Assembly: GCA_044228875.1 (NCBI GenBank)
Contig: JBGAUA010000006.1
Coordinates: forward strand, 1-56,962
DNA from: Anaerolineae bacterium
Lineage (GTDB): Bacteria; Chloroflexota; Anaerolineae; Epilineales; Epilineaceae
Direction: 5' to 3'
DNA: 56,962 nucleotides
Shown in pieces: positions 20,760-30,100 of the stretch (the first letter of the stretch is position 1; every line of letters starts with the position of its first letter). The notes under the pieces are model-generated. The model was not told the DNA's origin, searched no databases, and was given only the letters and a program-made list of their open reading frames with translations. The position numbers and the translations under genes are program-made.

Positions 20760-21956
20760 TCAGAGTTCGGCGCGCAGAGCCGCCAACAAAGCGGCCACGT
20801 CTTCTTCGCCATTGTAGCCTTGGATCGAGACGCGGAGAATCGGCCGGTTCTGCCAGAGATAGAGCGGCAGCTCCACGCGATGGCGCTCATAGAGGCGCTC
20901 CTTTAGGCTCAGCACGTCCGCGTCCGCAGGCAGCTGCACGGCGACCATCTGCCCCAGTAGATCCGGATGCGGCGCCTGCAGGGCCTGGACGCCGGGCAGG
21001 CCGAGCAGGGATTCCCGGGCCGCCATGACCAGGCGTCGACAACGCTGGCGCACCGCGTCCCAGTTGCGTTCCGCCTGGAAGTCCAGGGCGGCGGGCACGG
21101 TCAGGAAGGGGGTGACGTCCCGCGTCCCCCAGAACTCGATCTGGTCGATGAAGGGCGAGGGACCGTGGATCTCCGGCTCCCAGCCCCAACTGATGACCAG
21201 CGGTTCCAGCAGGCCCTGGGCTTCTGGTCGGGCGTGGAGGAAGGCGGCGCCCTTGGGGGCGCAGGCCCACTTGTGGAAGTTGCCGGTGTAGAAGTCGGCA
21301 CCGACGGCTTCCAGGTCCACGTCCAGGTGCGACGGCGCGTGGGCGCCGTCGATCAAGGTCAGGATCCCCGCCTCGCGGGCCCGGCGGCAGATCTCGGCCA
21401 CCGGCAGGATCAGCGCGGTCGGCGAGGTGATGTGGCTGAGGAACAGTACACGGGTGCGCGGCGTCACGGCGGCCCAGAGGGTCTCCACCAGGGATTCGGG
21501 AGATTCCACGGGTACCGGGACCGCCGCCAGGCGGTAGCTGAAGCCGCCCCGAGCGGCCAGGTAGTTCCAGGTCCGGTCGCAAGCCCCGTACTCGTGGTCG
21601 CAGCCGAGCACCTCGTCGCCCGGGCCCAGCCGCGCCGCCAGACTGCGGGCGACCACGTTCACGCCCACGGTGCTGTTGATCACCCAGACCAGGTCGAGCG
21701 GCCGGGCCCCCAGGACTTCGGCGATGCGGTTGCGCGCGACCTCCATGAGCTGGGGATAGCGCCGGGCGATGAAAAGCACCGGCTGGCGCTCCATCTCCCC
21801 GATCCAAGCGGCCTGGGCGGCCAGCACCGGCCGGGGGCAGGCACCGAAGGACCCATGGTTCAGGAAGACGACGTCGGGATCCAGGGCGAACTCGGCGCGC
21901 AATGCCTCAGGGGAGGGCAGGGGCAAAGCGGGGAGGGACGGCGAGGGCGGCGTCAT
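20760..21956 (-). CDS. Class V PLP enzyme (isopenicillin N epimerase / C-S lyase-like)
   Basis: FLNHGSFGACP, SHITSPTA, IDGAHAP, FYTGNFHKW (PLP Lys), GTRD. ATGA overlap with the fabV stop. Confidence 0.88.
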   Translation of the reverse strand: MTPPSPSLPALPLPSPEALRAEFALDPDVVFLNHGSFGACPRPVLAAQAAWIGEMERQPVLFIARRYPQLMEVARNRIAEVLGARPLDLVWVINSTVGVNVVARSLAARLGPGDEVLGCDHEYGACDRTWNYLAARGGFSYRLAAVPVPVESPESLVETLWAAVTPRTRVLFLSHITSPTALILPVAEICRRAREAGILTLIDGAHAPSHLDVDLEAVGADFYTGNFHKWACAPKGAAFLHARPEAQGLLEPLVISWGWEPEIHGPSPFIDQIEFWGTRDVTPFLTVPAALDFQAERNWDAVRQRCRRLVMAARESLLGLPGVQALQAPHPDLLGQMVAVQLPADADVLSLKERLYERHRVELPLYLWQNRPILRVSIQGYNGEEDVAALLAALRAEL

Positions 21957-23164
21957 GCCGAGCCGCTTCCCGGCTCCCAGTCGAGGTCCGTCTCCACCGG
22001 CAGCGAATAGTCCACGCCGGCCACGTCGAAGCCGAAACATTGGCGGAAATAGCACTGGAAGCGCGCGAAGCAGCCCCATTCGGCAAGGCGCTCCGTCGTG
22101 GCCTTGGACCAGAGCTCCAGCACCTCCGCCTGCACCGCCGGGGCCATCTCCAGGTCGTCCAGGCGGATGCGGCCCTCTTCGTCCGTCTTGGGTTTCAGAC
22201 CCGGCCCCAGGTGGTCGGCCAGGAGGCGCGAGGCCTGCTCCAGCGGCCCTTCATGGGTGCCGGCGCGCTTCATGACGTCGAAGAGCAGGCTCATGTAGAG
22301 GGGCACGGCCGGGATGGCCGCCGAAGCCTGCGTGACGATGGACTTGTTGATGGAGACGTAGCAGCCGCCGCCGAGAGCCCTGTCCAGGGTCTGGTTGAGG
22401 CTGGCGCAGGTCACCTCCAGGTCAGCCTTGGCATGGCCGATGGTGCCGTAGCGGTAGATGGGCCAGGTCACTTCGGGACCGAGGTAGGAGTAGGCCACCA
22501 CCCGCGCGCCGGGGGCCAGAAGCCCGGCGCCCAGGAGGGCCTCTACCCAGCGACGGAGGTCGGCCCCGCCCATCACGGCGACCGTCTCGGCGATCTCCTG
22601 GGGCGTGGCGACCTCCAGGGCCACCTCCTCCACCTCTTCGGTGTTCAGGTTGACGGACTTGATCGGAAGCTGCCGGCCGACCGTCTTGAGCACCGACTGG
22701 TAGATCTGGCCGGTCTCCGGATCCTGGCGCTTGGGCGCCGCCAGGCTGTAGACCAAAAGGTCCACGGGGCCGAAGCCTGCCCGCAGCCGGTCCATGGCCT
22801 GGGCCAGGATCTCGTTGGAGAAGGCGTCGCCGTTCAGGGTTTCCGCCCGCAGGCCGACTTCCCGCGCCTCGCGATGGAAGGCCCTGGTGTTGTACCAGCC
22901 GGCCGAAGCGGTGCGATCGCCCTTTGGTGGCCGTTCGAAGCAGACCCCCAGGCTGGACATGCCGTAGCCCAAGGCGCCGGCAATGCGGGTGGCCAGGCCG
23001 TAACCCGTTGAGGAGCCCAGCACCAGGAGGTTCCCGCCGCTCCAGGCGGCGGGTTCCCGACGAACCTCCGCCACCTGCCGCGCCACCTGGGCGGCGCAGC
23101 CTTCGGGATGGGCCGTGGTGCACACGAAGCCTCGGATTCGGGGCTGGACAACCTGCTCAGGCAT
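21953..23164 (-). CDS. fabV: Enoyl-ACP reductase FabV / trans-2-enoyl-CoA reductase
   Basis: PRIRGFVCTTAHPEGC, GSSTGYGLA, TASAGWYN, GDAFS, YSLAAP, VMGG, catalytic Y-x8-K (YRYGTIGHAK), TQASAAIP. Confidence 0.95.
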   Translation of the reverse strand: MPEQVVQPRIRGFVCTTAHPEGCAAQVARQVAEVRREPAAWSGGNLLVLGSSTGYGLATRIAGALGYGMSSLGVCFERPPKGDRTASAGWYNTRAFHREAREVGLRAETLNGDAFSNEILAQAMDRLRAGFGPVDLLVYSLAAPKRQDPETGQIYQSVLKTVGRQLPIKSVNLNTEEVEEVALEVATPQEIAETVAVMGGADLRRWVEALLGAGLLAPGARVVAYSYLGPEVTWPIYRYGTIGHAKADLEVTCASLNQTLDRALGGGCYVSINKSIVTQASAAIPAVPLYMSLLFDVMKRAGTHEGPLEQASRLLADHLGPGLKPKTDEEGRIRLDDLEMAPAVQAEVLELWSKATTERLAEWGCFARFQCYFRQCFGFDVAGVDYSLPVETDLDWEPGSGSA

Positions 23165-24488
23165 GATGAGCCTCCACGGAAGCGGCGAGGGTTGCGGCGG
23201 CGGGCAGATCCGGCGCGTCGTCGAGCAGGGGACGGAACAGCCCATCCGGACCCACCGCGCTGACCACGGCTTCGGCCACTTGATCGGCGGCGCGAGCCAG
23301 GATGGGGACCTGCCGCGCCGCTGCGGCGCTGAGGCCGGCCCCACCGTGCTCGCGGGAGAGGGCGAAGAGCGCCTCGTAGGCGTCGAAGCAGCGCTGGGGG
23401 TCGAAGATGGCCAGGGCTGCCGTCTGCCGCGCACGGTAGGCGGGAAGCCGAGCAGCCACCTCCAGGATGCCCTTGGCGAGGGCCGCGGGGTCGCCGGCTC
23501 GGGTGATGACGCCCATCCCGGTCACGCGCACGATCTCCCGCGCCCCGGGGATGTCGGCGGTCACCAGGGGCGCGCCGCTGCGCACGGCTTCGATCTGGGT
23601 GGAGGGGAAGCAGTCGGAGCGGCTGGGCAGGGCGAAGCAGTCGATCATCCCGTAGAAGTCGGCCAAGGCCTGCGGTTCGGTCAGGAGGCCGAGGAAGGTG
23701 AAGTGGTCGGCCAGGGCCTCCACCTCGGCCCGGTGGCGCTCGAAGAAGCCCTCGTAGCTGATCTCCCGAACCCCGGCGAACACGAAATGGGCATCGGGCC
23801 GCGCTGCCAGCACCTGGGGAACAGCCCGGAAGAGGAAGTCAAAGCCCTTCTCCTCGACGAAGCGTCCGGCGAAGCCCACCAGGAAGCGCTCCTCCAGGCC
23901 CAACTGCCGGCGCCAGGCGGCGCATGCCGCTGGGTCGGGCGGCGGAAGGTCCACGGGGGCGTAGATGAAGTGCAGCTTGGCTTCCAAGGGCGCGAGCAGG
24001 CGGCTGGAGGCGGCATAGTCGCGGGTCTGGGGGATGAGGCCGGTGGCCATGCGGCCGGCCGCGCCGGTCATCTGGTAATAAAGCCGCTCCAGAGGGGCCT
24101 TGAGCCGGCCGGTTGGCAGCACCAGGTCGCCGTTGTGGGTGAGGAAGACGGAGGCGCCGGCCTGGCGGGCCAGGGCGGTGGCAGGATAGACCTCCGGGAA
24201 GGGGATGTGGATGCTGACGGCATCGATGGCCTCCTCCCGCAAGAGGCGCCGCAGCCGCGGCAGGAGACCGGGGGCGATGAGCGAGCGGCTGACGCTGAAG
24301 CGCGGTTCCACGCGATGCACCCGGACGCCGCCGATGACCTCCTCGAGGGGCAAGTCGGGATCGTGCCGCACGGCCAGGGCATGCACCTCATGTCCCCGCG
24401 CGGCCAGACCTTCGGCGATCCGCCCGGCGTAGCGGGTCAGCCCGGTCCAGTGGGGGTAGTAGTAGGTGAGGAGGAAGAGTATGCGCAT
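23157..24488 (-). CDS. Glycosyltransferase family 4
   Basis: MRILFLLTYYYPHWTG, FAGRFVEEKG, LPSRSDCFPSTQIEA..G.P.V. Confidence 0.9.
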   Translation of the reverse strand: MRILFLLTYYYPHWTGLTRYAGRIAEGLAARGHEVHALAVRHDPDLPLEEVIGGVRVHRVEPRFSVSRSLIAPGLLPRLRRLLREEAIDAVSIHIPFPEVYPATALARQAGASVFLTHNGDLVLPTGRLKAPLERLYYQMTGAAGRMATGLIPQTRDYAASSRLLAPLEAKLHFIYAPVDLPPPDPAACAAWRRQLGLEERFLVGFAGRFVEEKGFDFLFRAVPQVLAARPDAHFVFAGVREISYEGFFERHRAEVEALADHFTFLGLLTEPQALADFYGMIDCFALPSRSDCFPSTQIEAVRSGAPLVTADIPGAREIVRVTGMGVITRAGDPAALAKGILEVAARLPAYRARQTAALAIFDPQRCFDAYEALFALSREHGGAGLSAAAARQVPILARAADQVAEAVVSAVGPDGLFRPLLDDAPDLPAAATLAASVEAHHA

Positions 24489-24504
24489 GGGGGAGGGTCG
24501 GCCA

Positions 24505-24533
24505 ATCGTATCGCGGGGCGATGGGGCTGTCAA
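24505..24533 (-). promoter_or_regulatory. sigma70 promoter of the GT4-fabV-aminotransferase operon
   Basis: TTGACA (24533-24528), 17-nt spacer, TACGAT (24510-24505). Confidence 0.8.
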
Positions 24534-24574
24534 AGGGCCCTCGTAGACGCCCGGACTTGAATGCCGCCGTCCGC

Positions 24575-26848
24575 TCAGCGCGGGCGTAGCAGCCGAGGTA
24601 CGTAGATGAGCCGCTTGCCCGGCTGCAAGGTGCGGGTAGGTCGCGCGGAAGGGGTGGCGCTGGCGGTCGTGGGTCTGTCCGACGGCGTCGCGGTGGGCAG
24701 AGCCTCGGTGGGCGTCGGCTCCCTACGGGTGCTCGTGGGCGTGGGTGTTGCGGGGGACAAGGTCGCCGTGGCGCTGGCCGTGGGCGTCGCGCTGGGAGCC
24801 GCGGTGTCCGTGGGCATCGCTGTGGGCGTCATCGTCGGCGCCACGGGCGCGCCGCCCCAGCGGTAGAGCTGCAGGCGGTTGTTGCCGCTGTCCACCACCA
24901 GTACGCGGCCGTCGCGGTTGGCGGCCACACCCAGGGGCCGGTCCACCAGGCCCGGACCGCCGCCCGCCCCGTCGGCGAAGACAGCCACCACCGCGTCAGC
25001 GAGCGGCTTCTCCGGAGAAGGCGAGCGGAATACCGTCACGCGCCGGAGATTGAAATCGTCGTTCTCCAACAGGTACAGGTACCGGCCGTCCGAGGAAAGG
25101 GACATAGGCCCCCGCAGGAAGCCCGGCGGCACGTCGCCCCGCTCGGGTGCCTCGGCCTCCCAGCGGTGGACCAGGAACCCCTCCAAGGTGTAGGCGCTCA
25201 GGCGCGCCTGCCCACGCTCGATCACGTACAAGAGGCCGTCCGGACCCACCGTCAGATCCCGGGGATACTCCAGCGCGTCCTTGCCCGCGCTGCCGAAGCT
25301 TCCGATGAGTTCCCCCGTCGGGCTGCGCCGCACGATGCGGTTGTTGCCCGTGTCGGCGATGTAGACGGTGCCGTCCGCGTCTACCGCTACGCCCTCCGGT
25401 CCGTCCAGCCCTTCAGCGCTGCGTTGCCGCTGACCCGTGCCGAACGCACCCAGAGGCGTGCCATCGGCCATGAAGATGTGGACCAGGTGGCGATTCGGAT
25501 CCGCCACATAGACCTTCAAGGCGTCACGCTCCGGCCCCGTTCGCCAGAGGGCCAGACCGGCCGGCTCGCCCATGTCCATGTCCGGGGCGCCGAAGAGGTA
25601 CAACGGTGAGAAGTCCTGCGCGGCGTCCAACACCTGGATGCGCCGGTTGCCGCTGTCGCTGACGACCAGCAACTGGTCGTCCAGAGCGACGGCTCGCGGC
25701 CGGTCGAACTGGCCCGGGTCGCGGCCGAGCCCGGCCAATGAGGTGATGCTGCCGCCGTCCGGTGGCAGCAGCATCAGGCCGGCATCGCCACTGTCCAACG
25801 GGTCGGTGCCGGCATAGGGGTTGCTGAGGATTGCGTCGCCGCCAGGAAGGAAGGCGGCTCCCTGAAGATGCAGCTGCAGGCGCGGGTCCACGCCGGCCAG
25901 GCCCAGGGCCGGGCCGAGGAGCTTGCCGTCCGGACCGGAGCGCCAGAGCCGCGGGCTGGTGTAGGAGGGCTCGAAGTCGCGGATGATGAAGCGTCCGTCC
26001 GTGCTCACGGCGATGCCGGAGGGCTTGTTGAGCTTGTCCTCGACCCGGCTGCCCAAGCTGCTCACCTGGCGCTTCAGCGTGCCGTCCCGGGCGAAGACGA
26101 CCAGCCGGTTGCGGTTGGTGTCCGCCACCCAGACCTCGTCGTCCGGTCCGATGGCCACGTCCCGCGGATGGTTGAGTTTGTGCGGGTCGCTGCCCGGGCC
26201 ACCCAGGGTGCCCAGCCACAAGCTGCCGTCGGGGGTGAAGATCTCGATGTCGCTGGCTCCCTCATCCGCCACGTAGACGTTCCCGCGGCTGTCCACGGAG
26301 AGGCCGATGGGGTTGAGAAAGAGCCCGGGGCCCTTGCCGGGACCGCCCCATTCCTGGAAGGGCTTGTTCTCGCAATGGGCCTTGACACAGAACTTGTCGT
26401 CCAGCCGGTACTGCAGCACCACGGAACGCCCGGCATCGACGACGTAGACGTACTTGCCGTCGGGGCTGACCGCCACATCGCGGGGCTGCCAGAACTGCCC
26501 GTAGTTCTCGCCGCGGCGCCCCCACCAGCCCAGATAGGGTTCGGCCGAGGGTTGGAAGACCTGGATCCGGGCGTTTCCGGTATCCACCACGAAGATCCGG
26601 CTGCCGTCCGGCGTCGTCGCCACGCCCATGGGCAGGTTGAGCTGCCCTCCCTTGGCCACGGCGTCGATGACGCGCACGAAGGTGGGGCCCTTCGCGGCTT
26701 CGGCCTCATCCTGGCCCGGCGCCGCCACCGCCCAGCCCCTCGCCCCCGTCAAGGTGGCGACGGCCACGCCCAGTACCAGCAGGTGCGCTACGAAGCGACA
26801 CCTTGCCGAACGGACAGACCGATGGTTGTGTGGGAAATCGCTGATCAT
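24575..26848 (-). CDS. Secreted NHL-repeat (double beta-propeller) protein with PT-rich tail
   Basis: Many NHL repeats (GQFWQPRDVAV, VYIADTGNNRI, VVDSGNNRLQ), a signal-like N-terminus, TP linker and C-terminal LIYVPRLLR. Start uncertain. Confidence 0.82.
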   Translation of the reverse strand: MISDFPHNHRSVRSARCRFVAHLLVLGVAVATLTGARGWAVAAPGQDEAEAAKGPTFVRVIDAVAKGGQLNLPMGVATTPDGSRIFVVDTGNARIQVFQPSAEPYLGWWGRRGENYGQFWQPRDVAVSPDGKYVYVVDAGRSVVLQYRLDDKFCVKAHCENKPFQEWGGPGKGPGLFLNPIGLSVDSRGNVYVADEGASDIEIFTPDGSLWLGTLGGPGSDPHKLNHPRDVAIGPDDEVWVADTNRNRLVVFARDGTLKRQVSSLGSRVEDKLNKPSGIAVSTDGRFIIRDFEPSYTSPRLWRSGPDGKLLGPALGLAGVDPRLQLHLQGAAFLPGGDAILSNPYAGTDPLDSGDAGLMLLPPDGGSITSLAGLGRDPGQFDRPRAVALDDQLLVVSDSGNRRIQVLDAAQDFSPLYLFGAPDMDMGEPAGLALWRTGPERDALKVYVADPNRHLVHIFMADGTPLGAFGTGQRQRSAEGLDGPEGVAVDADGTVYIADTGNNRIVRRSPTGELIGSFGSAGKDALEYPRDLTVGPDGLLYVIERGQARLSAYTLEGFLVHRWEAEAPERGDVPPGFLRGPMSLSSDGRYLYLLENDDFNLRRVTVFRSPSPEKPLADAVVAVFADGAGGGPGLVDRPLGVAANRDGRVLVVDSGNNRLQLYRWGGAPVAPTMTPTAMPTDTAAPSATPTASATATLSPATPTPTSTRREPTPTEALPTATPSDRPTTASATPSARPTRTLQPGKRLIYVPRLLRPR

Positions 26849-27038
26849 CCGTGGGCGTACCGGTTGCCCACCGTTCGGGTCGTTGCGGCGCCGGGAGGGC
26901 GCCTCCGCAACGATCGGCAGGGCGGGCAATCCTGAGGGCAAGGCCACCGAACACCCTTGGGCAGGGGGCGGAGGCGACGAGGACCCGAGCGATGATGCTT
27001 GACTGGGAAGAGAGCCAGGGGGGGCGCCAGGAACGAAC

Positions 27039-27088
27039 CTGACGAACAAGACCATTAACATTATACTGCCCGCACCTGCCGGTGTCTA
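27039..27088. promoter_or_regulatory. Overlapping divergent sigma70 promoters sharing the -10 region
   Basis: Plus: CTGACG (27039-44), 17 nt, TATACT (27062-67). Minus: TAGACA (27088-83), 17 nt, TATAAT (27065-60). Confidence 0.7.
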
Positions 27089-27164
27089 CAGCCACGACCG
27101 AGTCGCGTGCCAAGGTCGCGCGCGGAGGCCTGATCACCACGCGCCGGAACCAGGAAGGTGTGCC

Positions 27165-28757
27165 ATGTTCCGTATCCGCATTCCCGCTCGTGCCGGCCGG
27201 CCGGCACCGGTTGCCCTGGGCGCCGGAATCGCGCTGGCCCTGGCCTTCACCGCCACCAGCCGGTCGCAGGAACCGCCCGCCGCTAGGCTCTGGTTGCCGG
27301 CGCTCCTGTCGCGCGCGCCCATTCCCACGCCGGAGCCGCCAGGCACGCTCGCCCCGACGGCGCCGACCACCGCCACCAGCATTCCCCCGTCGGCGATCCC
27401 GCCGACGGCCACGTCCGGCGCAGTCCCTTCGTCTTCGCCCAACCCGACGTCCTCCCCTGTGCCGCTTCCCAGCGCCGGTCCTACCTCCGAAGCGGAGGCC
27501 TGCGGCGCCATCCGGTCCTTCGAGGATGGCCTGTCGCCGCAACGCGAACTGCACGTGTCCGAACGCGGTGACGACGCCACGGGCGACGGGTCGCCCGGGC
27601 GACCCTTCCGCAGCCTGGTCCCGGCGGCCCGGGCCGCGCGTCCCGGTACCGCCATCCGTCTGCACGCCGGCAGCTACGCCGCGGGCGTCTACCTGGAGAA
27701 CCTGCGCGGAACGGCTGCGGCACCCATCTGGCTGGGCGGGATGCCCGGCGAGGAGCGACCGCGTCTTCTGGGCGGGGCCAACGCCCTGCACCTGGTCCGG
27801 CCCGCCTGGCTGGTGGTCCACGACCTGGATGTCAGCGGCCAGAGCGCCAACGGGATCAACGCCGATGACGCCGGCGCGGTGACCGAGCCCCAGGCAGCCG
27901 GCCCGCTCATCTTCCGCGGCCTGGCCATCGCGCAGGTGGGCGGCAGCGGCAACCAGGACTGCCTGAAGCTCAGCGGCATCCATGGCGTCCTGGTGAGGGA
28001 TTCCACCTTCACCCGTTGTGGCGGCACCGGCTCGGCCATCGACATGGTGGGCGTCCACCAGGCTCTGGTGGCGCGCAACCATTTCCAGGACTTGTCCGGC
28101 AACGCGGTGCAGGCGAAAGGCGGCTCGGCCGACGTGGAGATCCGCTGGAACCACATGCTGCGGGCCGGTGAGCGGGCAGTCAACATGGGCGGATCCACTG
28201 GCCTGGAGTTCTTCCGCCCCCCCCTGGACCGTGCTGCGGAGAACGCCGAGGCGAGGCGCGTCACGGTACTGGCCAACCGCATCGAGGGCGGCGTCACCCC
28301 CTGGGCCTTCGTGGGCTGCGTGGACTGCCTGGTCGCGCAGAACACGGTCATCGAACCCACGCGCTGGCTGATGCGCATCCTGCAGGAAACCAGCAGCCAG
28401 GGCGAGTTCCGCTTCGCCCCGACGCGCGACGGCCAGGTGCTCAACAACCTCTTCGTCTTCCGCCGCGGCCAGATCAGGGCCGATGTGAACGTGGGGGGCG
28501 GCACCGCGCCGGAGACCTTCCGCTTTCGGAACAACCTGTGGTACGCGGTGGACGATCCCGGACGCTCGACGCCCAGCCTGCCCGTGGCGGAGACGGGCGG
28601 CGTCGTGGGTCGCGACCCGCTGTTGGGCGCCGCAGGCGCCATCTCGCGCGGCAGTCCGGCCCTGGGCGCCGGCTTGCCGGGCTCCTGGGCGCCGGGCGAC
28701 CTGATCGGCACCTGCTGGGCCGATCCGCCGGCCATCGGCGCCCGCGAGGGGCGTTGA
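27165..28757 (+). CDS. Secreted right-handed parallel beta-helix (pectin-lyase-like) protein
   Basis: GGAAGG RBS, signal peptide, RLWLPALLSR then PT linker, GDDATGDGS..PFRSL, DCLKLSG, AVQAKGGS, Asn-ladder repeats. Confidence 0.8.
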   Translation: MFRIRIPARAGRPAPVALGAGIALALAFTATSRSQEPPAARLWLPALLSRAPIPTPEPPGTLAPTAPTTATSIPPSAIPPTATSGAVPSSSPNPTSSPVPLPSAGPTSEAEACGAIRSFEDGLSPQRELHVSERGDDATGDGSPGRPFRSLVPAARAARPGTAIRLHAGSYAAGVYLENLRGTAAAPIWLGGMPGEERPRLLGGANALHLVRPAWLVVHDLDVSGQSANGINADDAGAVTEPQAAGPLIFRGLAIAQVGGSGNQDCLKLSGIHGVLVRDSTFTRCGGTGSAIDMVGVHQALVARNHFQDLSGNAVQAKGGSADVEIRWNHMLRAGERAVNMGGSTGLEFFRPPLDRAAENAEARRVTVLANRIEGGVTPWAFVGCVDCLVAQNTVIEPTRWLMRILQETSSQGEFRFAPTRDGQVLNNLFVFRRGQIRADVNVGGGTAPETFRFRNNLWYAVDDPGRSTPSLPVAETGGVVGRDPLLGAAGAISRGSPALGAGLPGSWAPGDLIGTCWADPPAIGAREGR

Positions 28758-28780
28758 CGACGCGCCCCCCGGGGTCGTCA
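28755..28780 (+). terminator. Possible stem-loop after the beta-helix gene
   Basis: TGACGAC..GTCGTCA inverted repeat. No U-tract. Confidence 0.3.
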
Positions 28781-28800
28781 GCGGTCGCGGGTGTCGGGGA

Positions 28801-28809
28801 TGCTAGAAT
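28801..28809 (+). promoter_or_regulatory. Extended -10 placed for a leaderless transcript
   Basis: TGCTAGAAT ends 6 nt before ATG 28816. No SD. Confidence 0.65.
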
Positions 28810-28815
28810 CGCAGC

Positions 28816-30081
28816 ATGACCCCTCTTCCGGCGGCCCGACGCTCGGCGACCTGCCTTCTGCTCCTGGGTCTCCTGTCGGCGGCGGCCTGCCGCCGTTCCG
28901 GCGATCCGCGCGTTGGCGGCAACGCCTCTCCCGACGCTCCGCGAGGGGGCACGGTGGCCGGCTCGCCCGCGGACCGGCCGTCCTTCGGGATGGGAGAGCT
29001 GCCGGGCCGCCTGGTCGTCATGGCCATCGACACCGCCGGGCAGCGCAATCTGGCCCTCCAACTGGACGCCTCCTCCGGCGAATGGCAGCTACTCTGGACG
29101 ACCTCGGCGATGGGCAACGTCACGGACTGGTCGCCGGCGCCGGATGGCAAACGGGTGGTCTACCGCATCATCCAGCGCTCGAGCCCCACCGACGCCGTCG
29201 AGGCCCTGGTCGTCCGCGAGCTGGCGGCGGGGGCGCCGGCGCGCGTCCTGACCGTCGTGGACGCGAGCAAGGAGCGCCTGGCCGGCTTCGTCTGGGCGCC
29301 TGACGGCTCGAGCGTGGGCTTCGGCCTGCAGGCGCTTTCGTCCGCGGGAAGCGGCAAGGGGGCCGGCTGGTCGCTGCACGCGGTGTCGCCGGGAGATCTG
29401 GGGAACGGCTCGAGCGGCACGCCCGAGACCGCGGCGGCGGAAGTCCTCTGGCAGGCGTCTTCACCGCCCGACCAGCCGTTGTCGCTGGTCCTTGCCGCCT
29501 ATGACCCACAGCGCGGTCGTGCCGTGGTTTCACAGCTTGCCGCGGACAGCGGGATCATCGCCTCCCTCCGGCTCATCGATCTGGTCGATCGGCGCGAGCT
29601 GACCGCCTTGCCCGTCACGATCGCCGGCCTAACGCCCGCGCCCGGCCCCGGCGGGCTGGCCCTGCCGGAGGGGGCTCCGTTGGCCGATCGCCTGCGCCTC
29701 CTGGACCTGCCGACCGGCACGGTGCGCGAGCGATTCCGGATGCCCGCAGGCGGCAGCCTGGGGCGCCCCCTGTGGTCCGCCGACGGCCGGCGTCTGGCCC
29801 TGGCCGGCCACCCCGATGGCGCGGACAGCGGCCATACCGCGATCCTGGTCCTGGACCCGGCGTCGACCGCGGCCGCGCCGGACCTGCGATTCGACATCCC
29901 GGGCGGCGGCGGAGCCCCCCTGGCCTTCAGCCCCGACGCCCGCTGGCTCCTGGCGCAGGCGGGCGGCGACGGCGAGGCCTTCGGCTCGCGCCTGACGCTG
30001 CTGCCCCTGGCGGGAGGGGATCCCGTCAGCGCCTCCTTTGCCGTCCCTCCGGACAGCTGGGCCCTCAGCTGGCTGCCCTGA
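28816..30081 (+). CDS. Putative lipoprotein with TolB/PD40-like beta-propeller
   Basis: Lipobox-like AAAC, repeats SPAPDGKRVVY, WAPDGSSVGF, WSADGRRLA, FSPDARWLL. Confidence 0.7.
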   Translation: MTPLPAARRSATCLLLLGLLSAAACRRSGDPRVGGNASPDAPRGGTVAGSPADRPSFGMGELPGRLVVMAIDTAGQRNLALQLDASSGEWQLLWTTSAMGNVTDWSPAPDGKRVVYRIIQRSSPTDAVEALVVRELAAGAPARVLTVVDASKERLAGFVWAPDGSSVGFGLQALSSAGSGKGAGWSLHAVSPGDLGNGSSGTPETAAAEVLWQASSPPDQPLSLVLAAYDPQRGRAVVSQLAADSGIIASLRLIDLVDRRELTALPVTIAGLTPAPGPGGLALPEGAPLADRLRLLDLPTGTVRERFRMPAGGSLGRPLWSADGRRLALAGHPDGADSGHTAILVLDPASTAAAPDLRFDIPGGGGAPLAFSPDARWLLAQAGGDGEAFGSRLTLLPLAGGDPVSASFAVPPDSWALSWLP

Positions 30082-30100
30082 CGGCCAGGCCCATCGGCGA

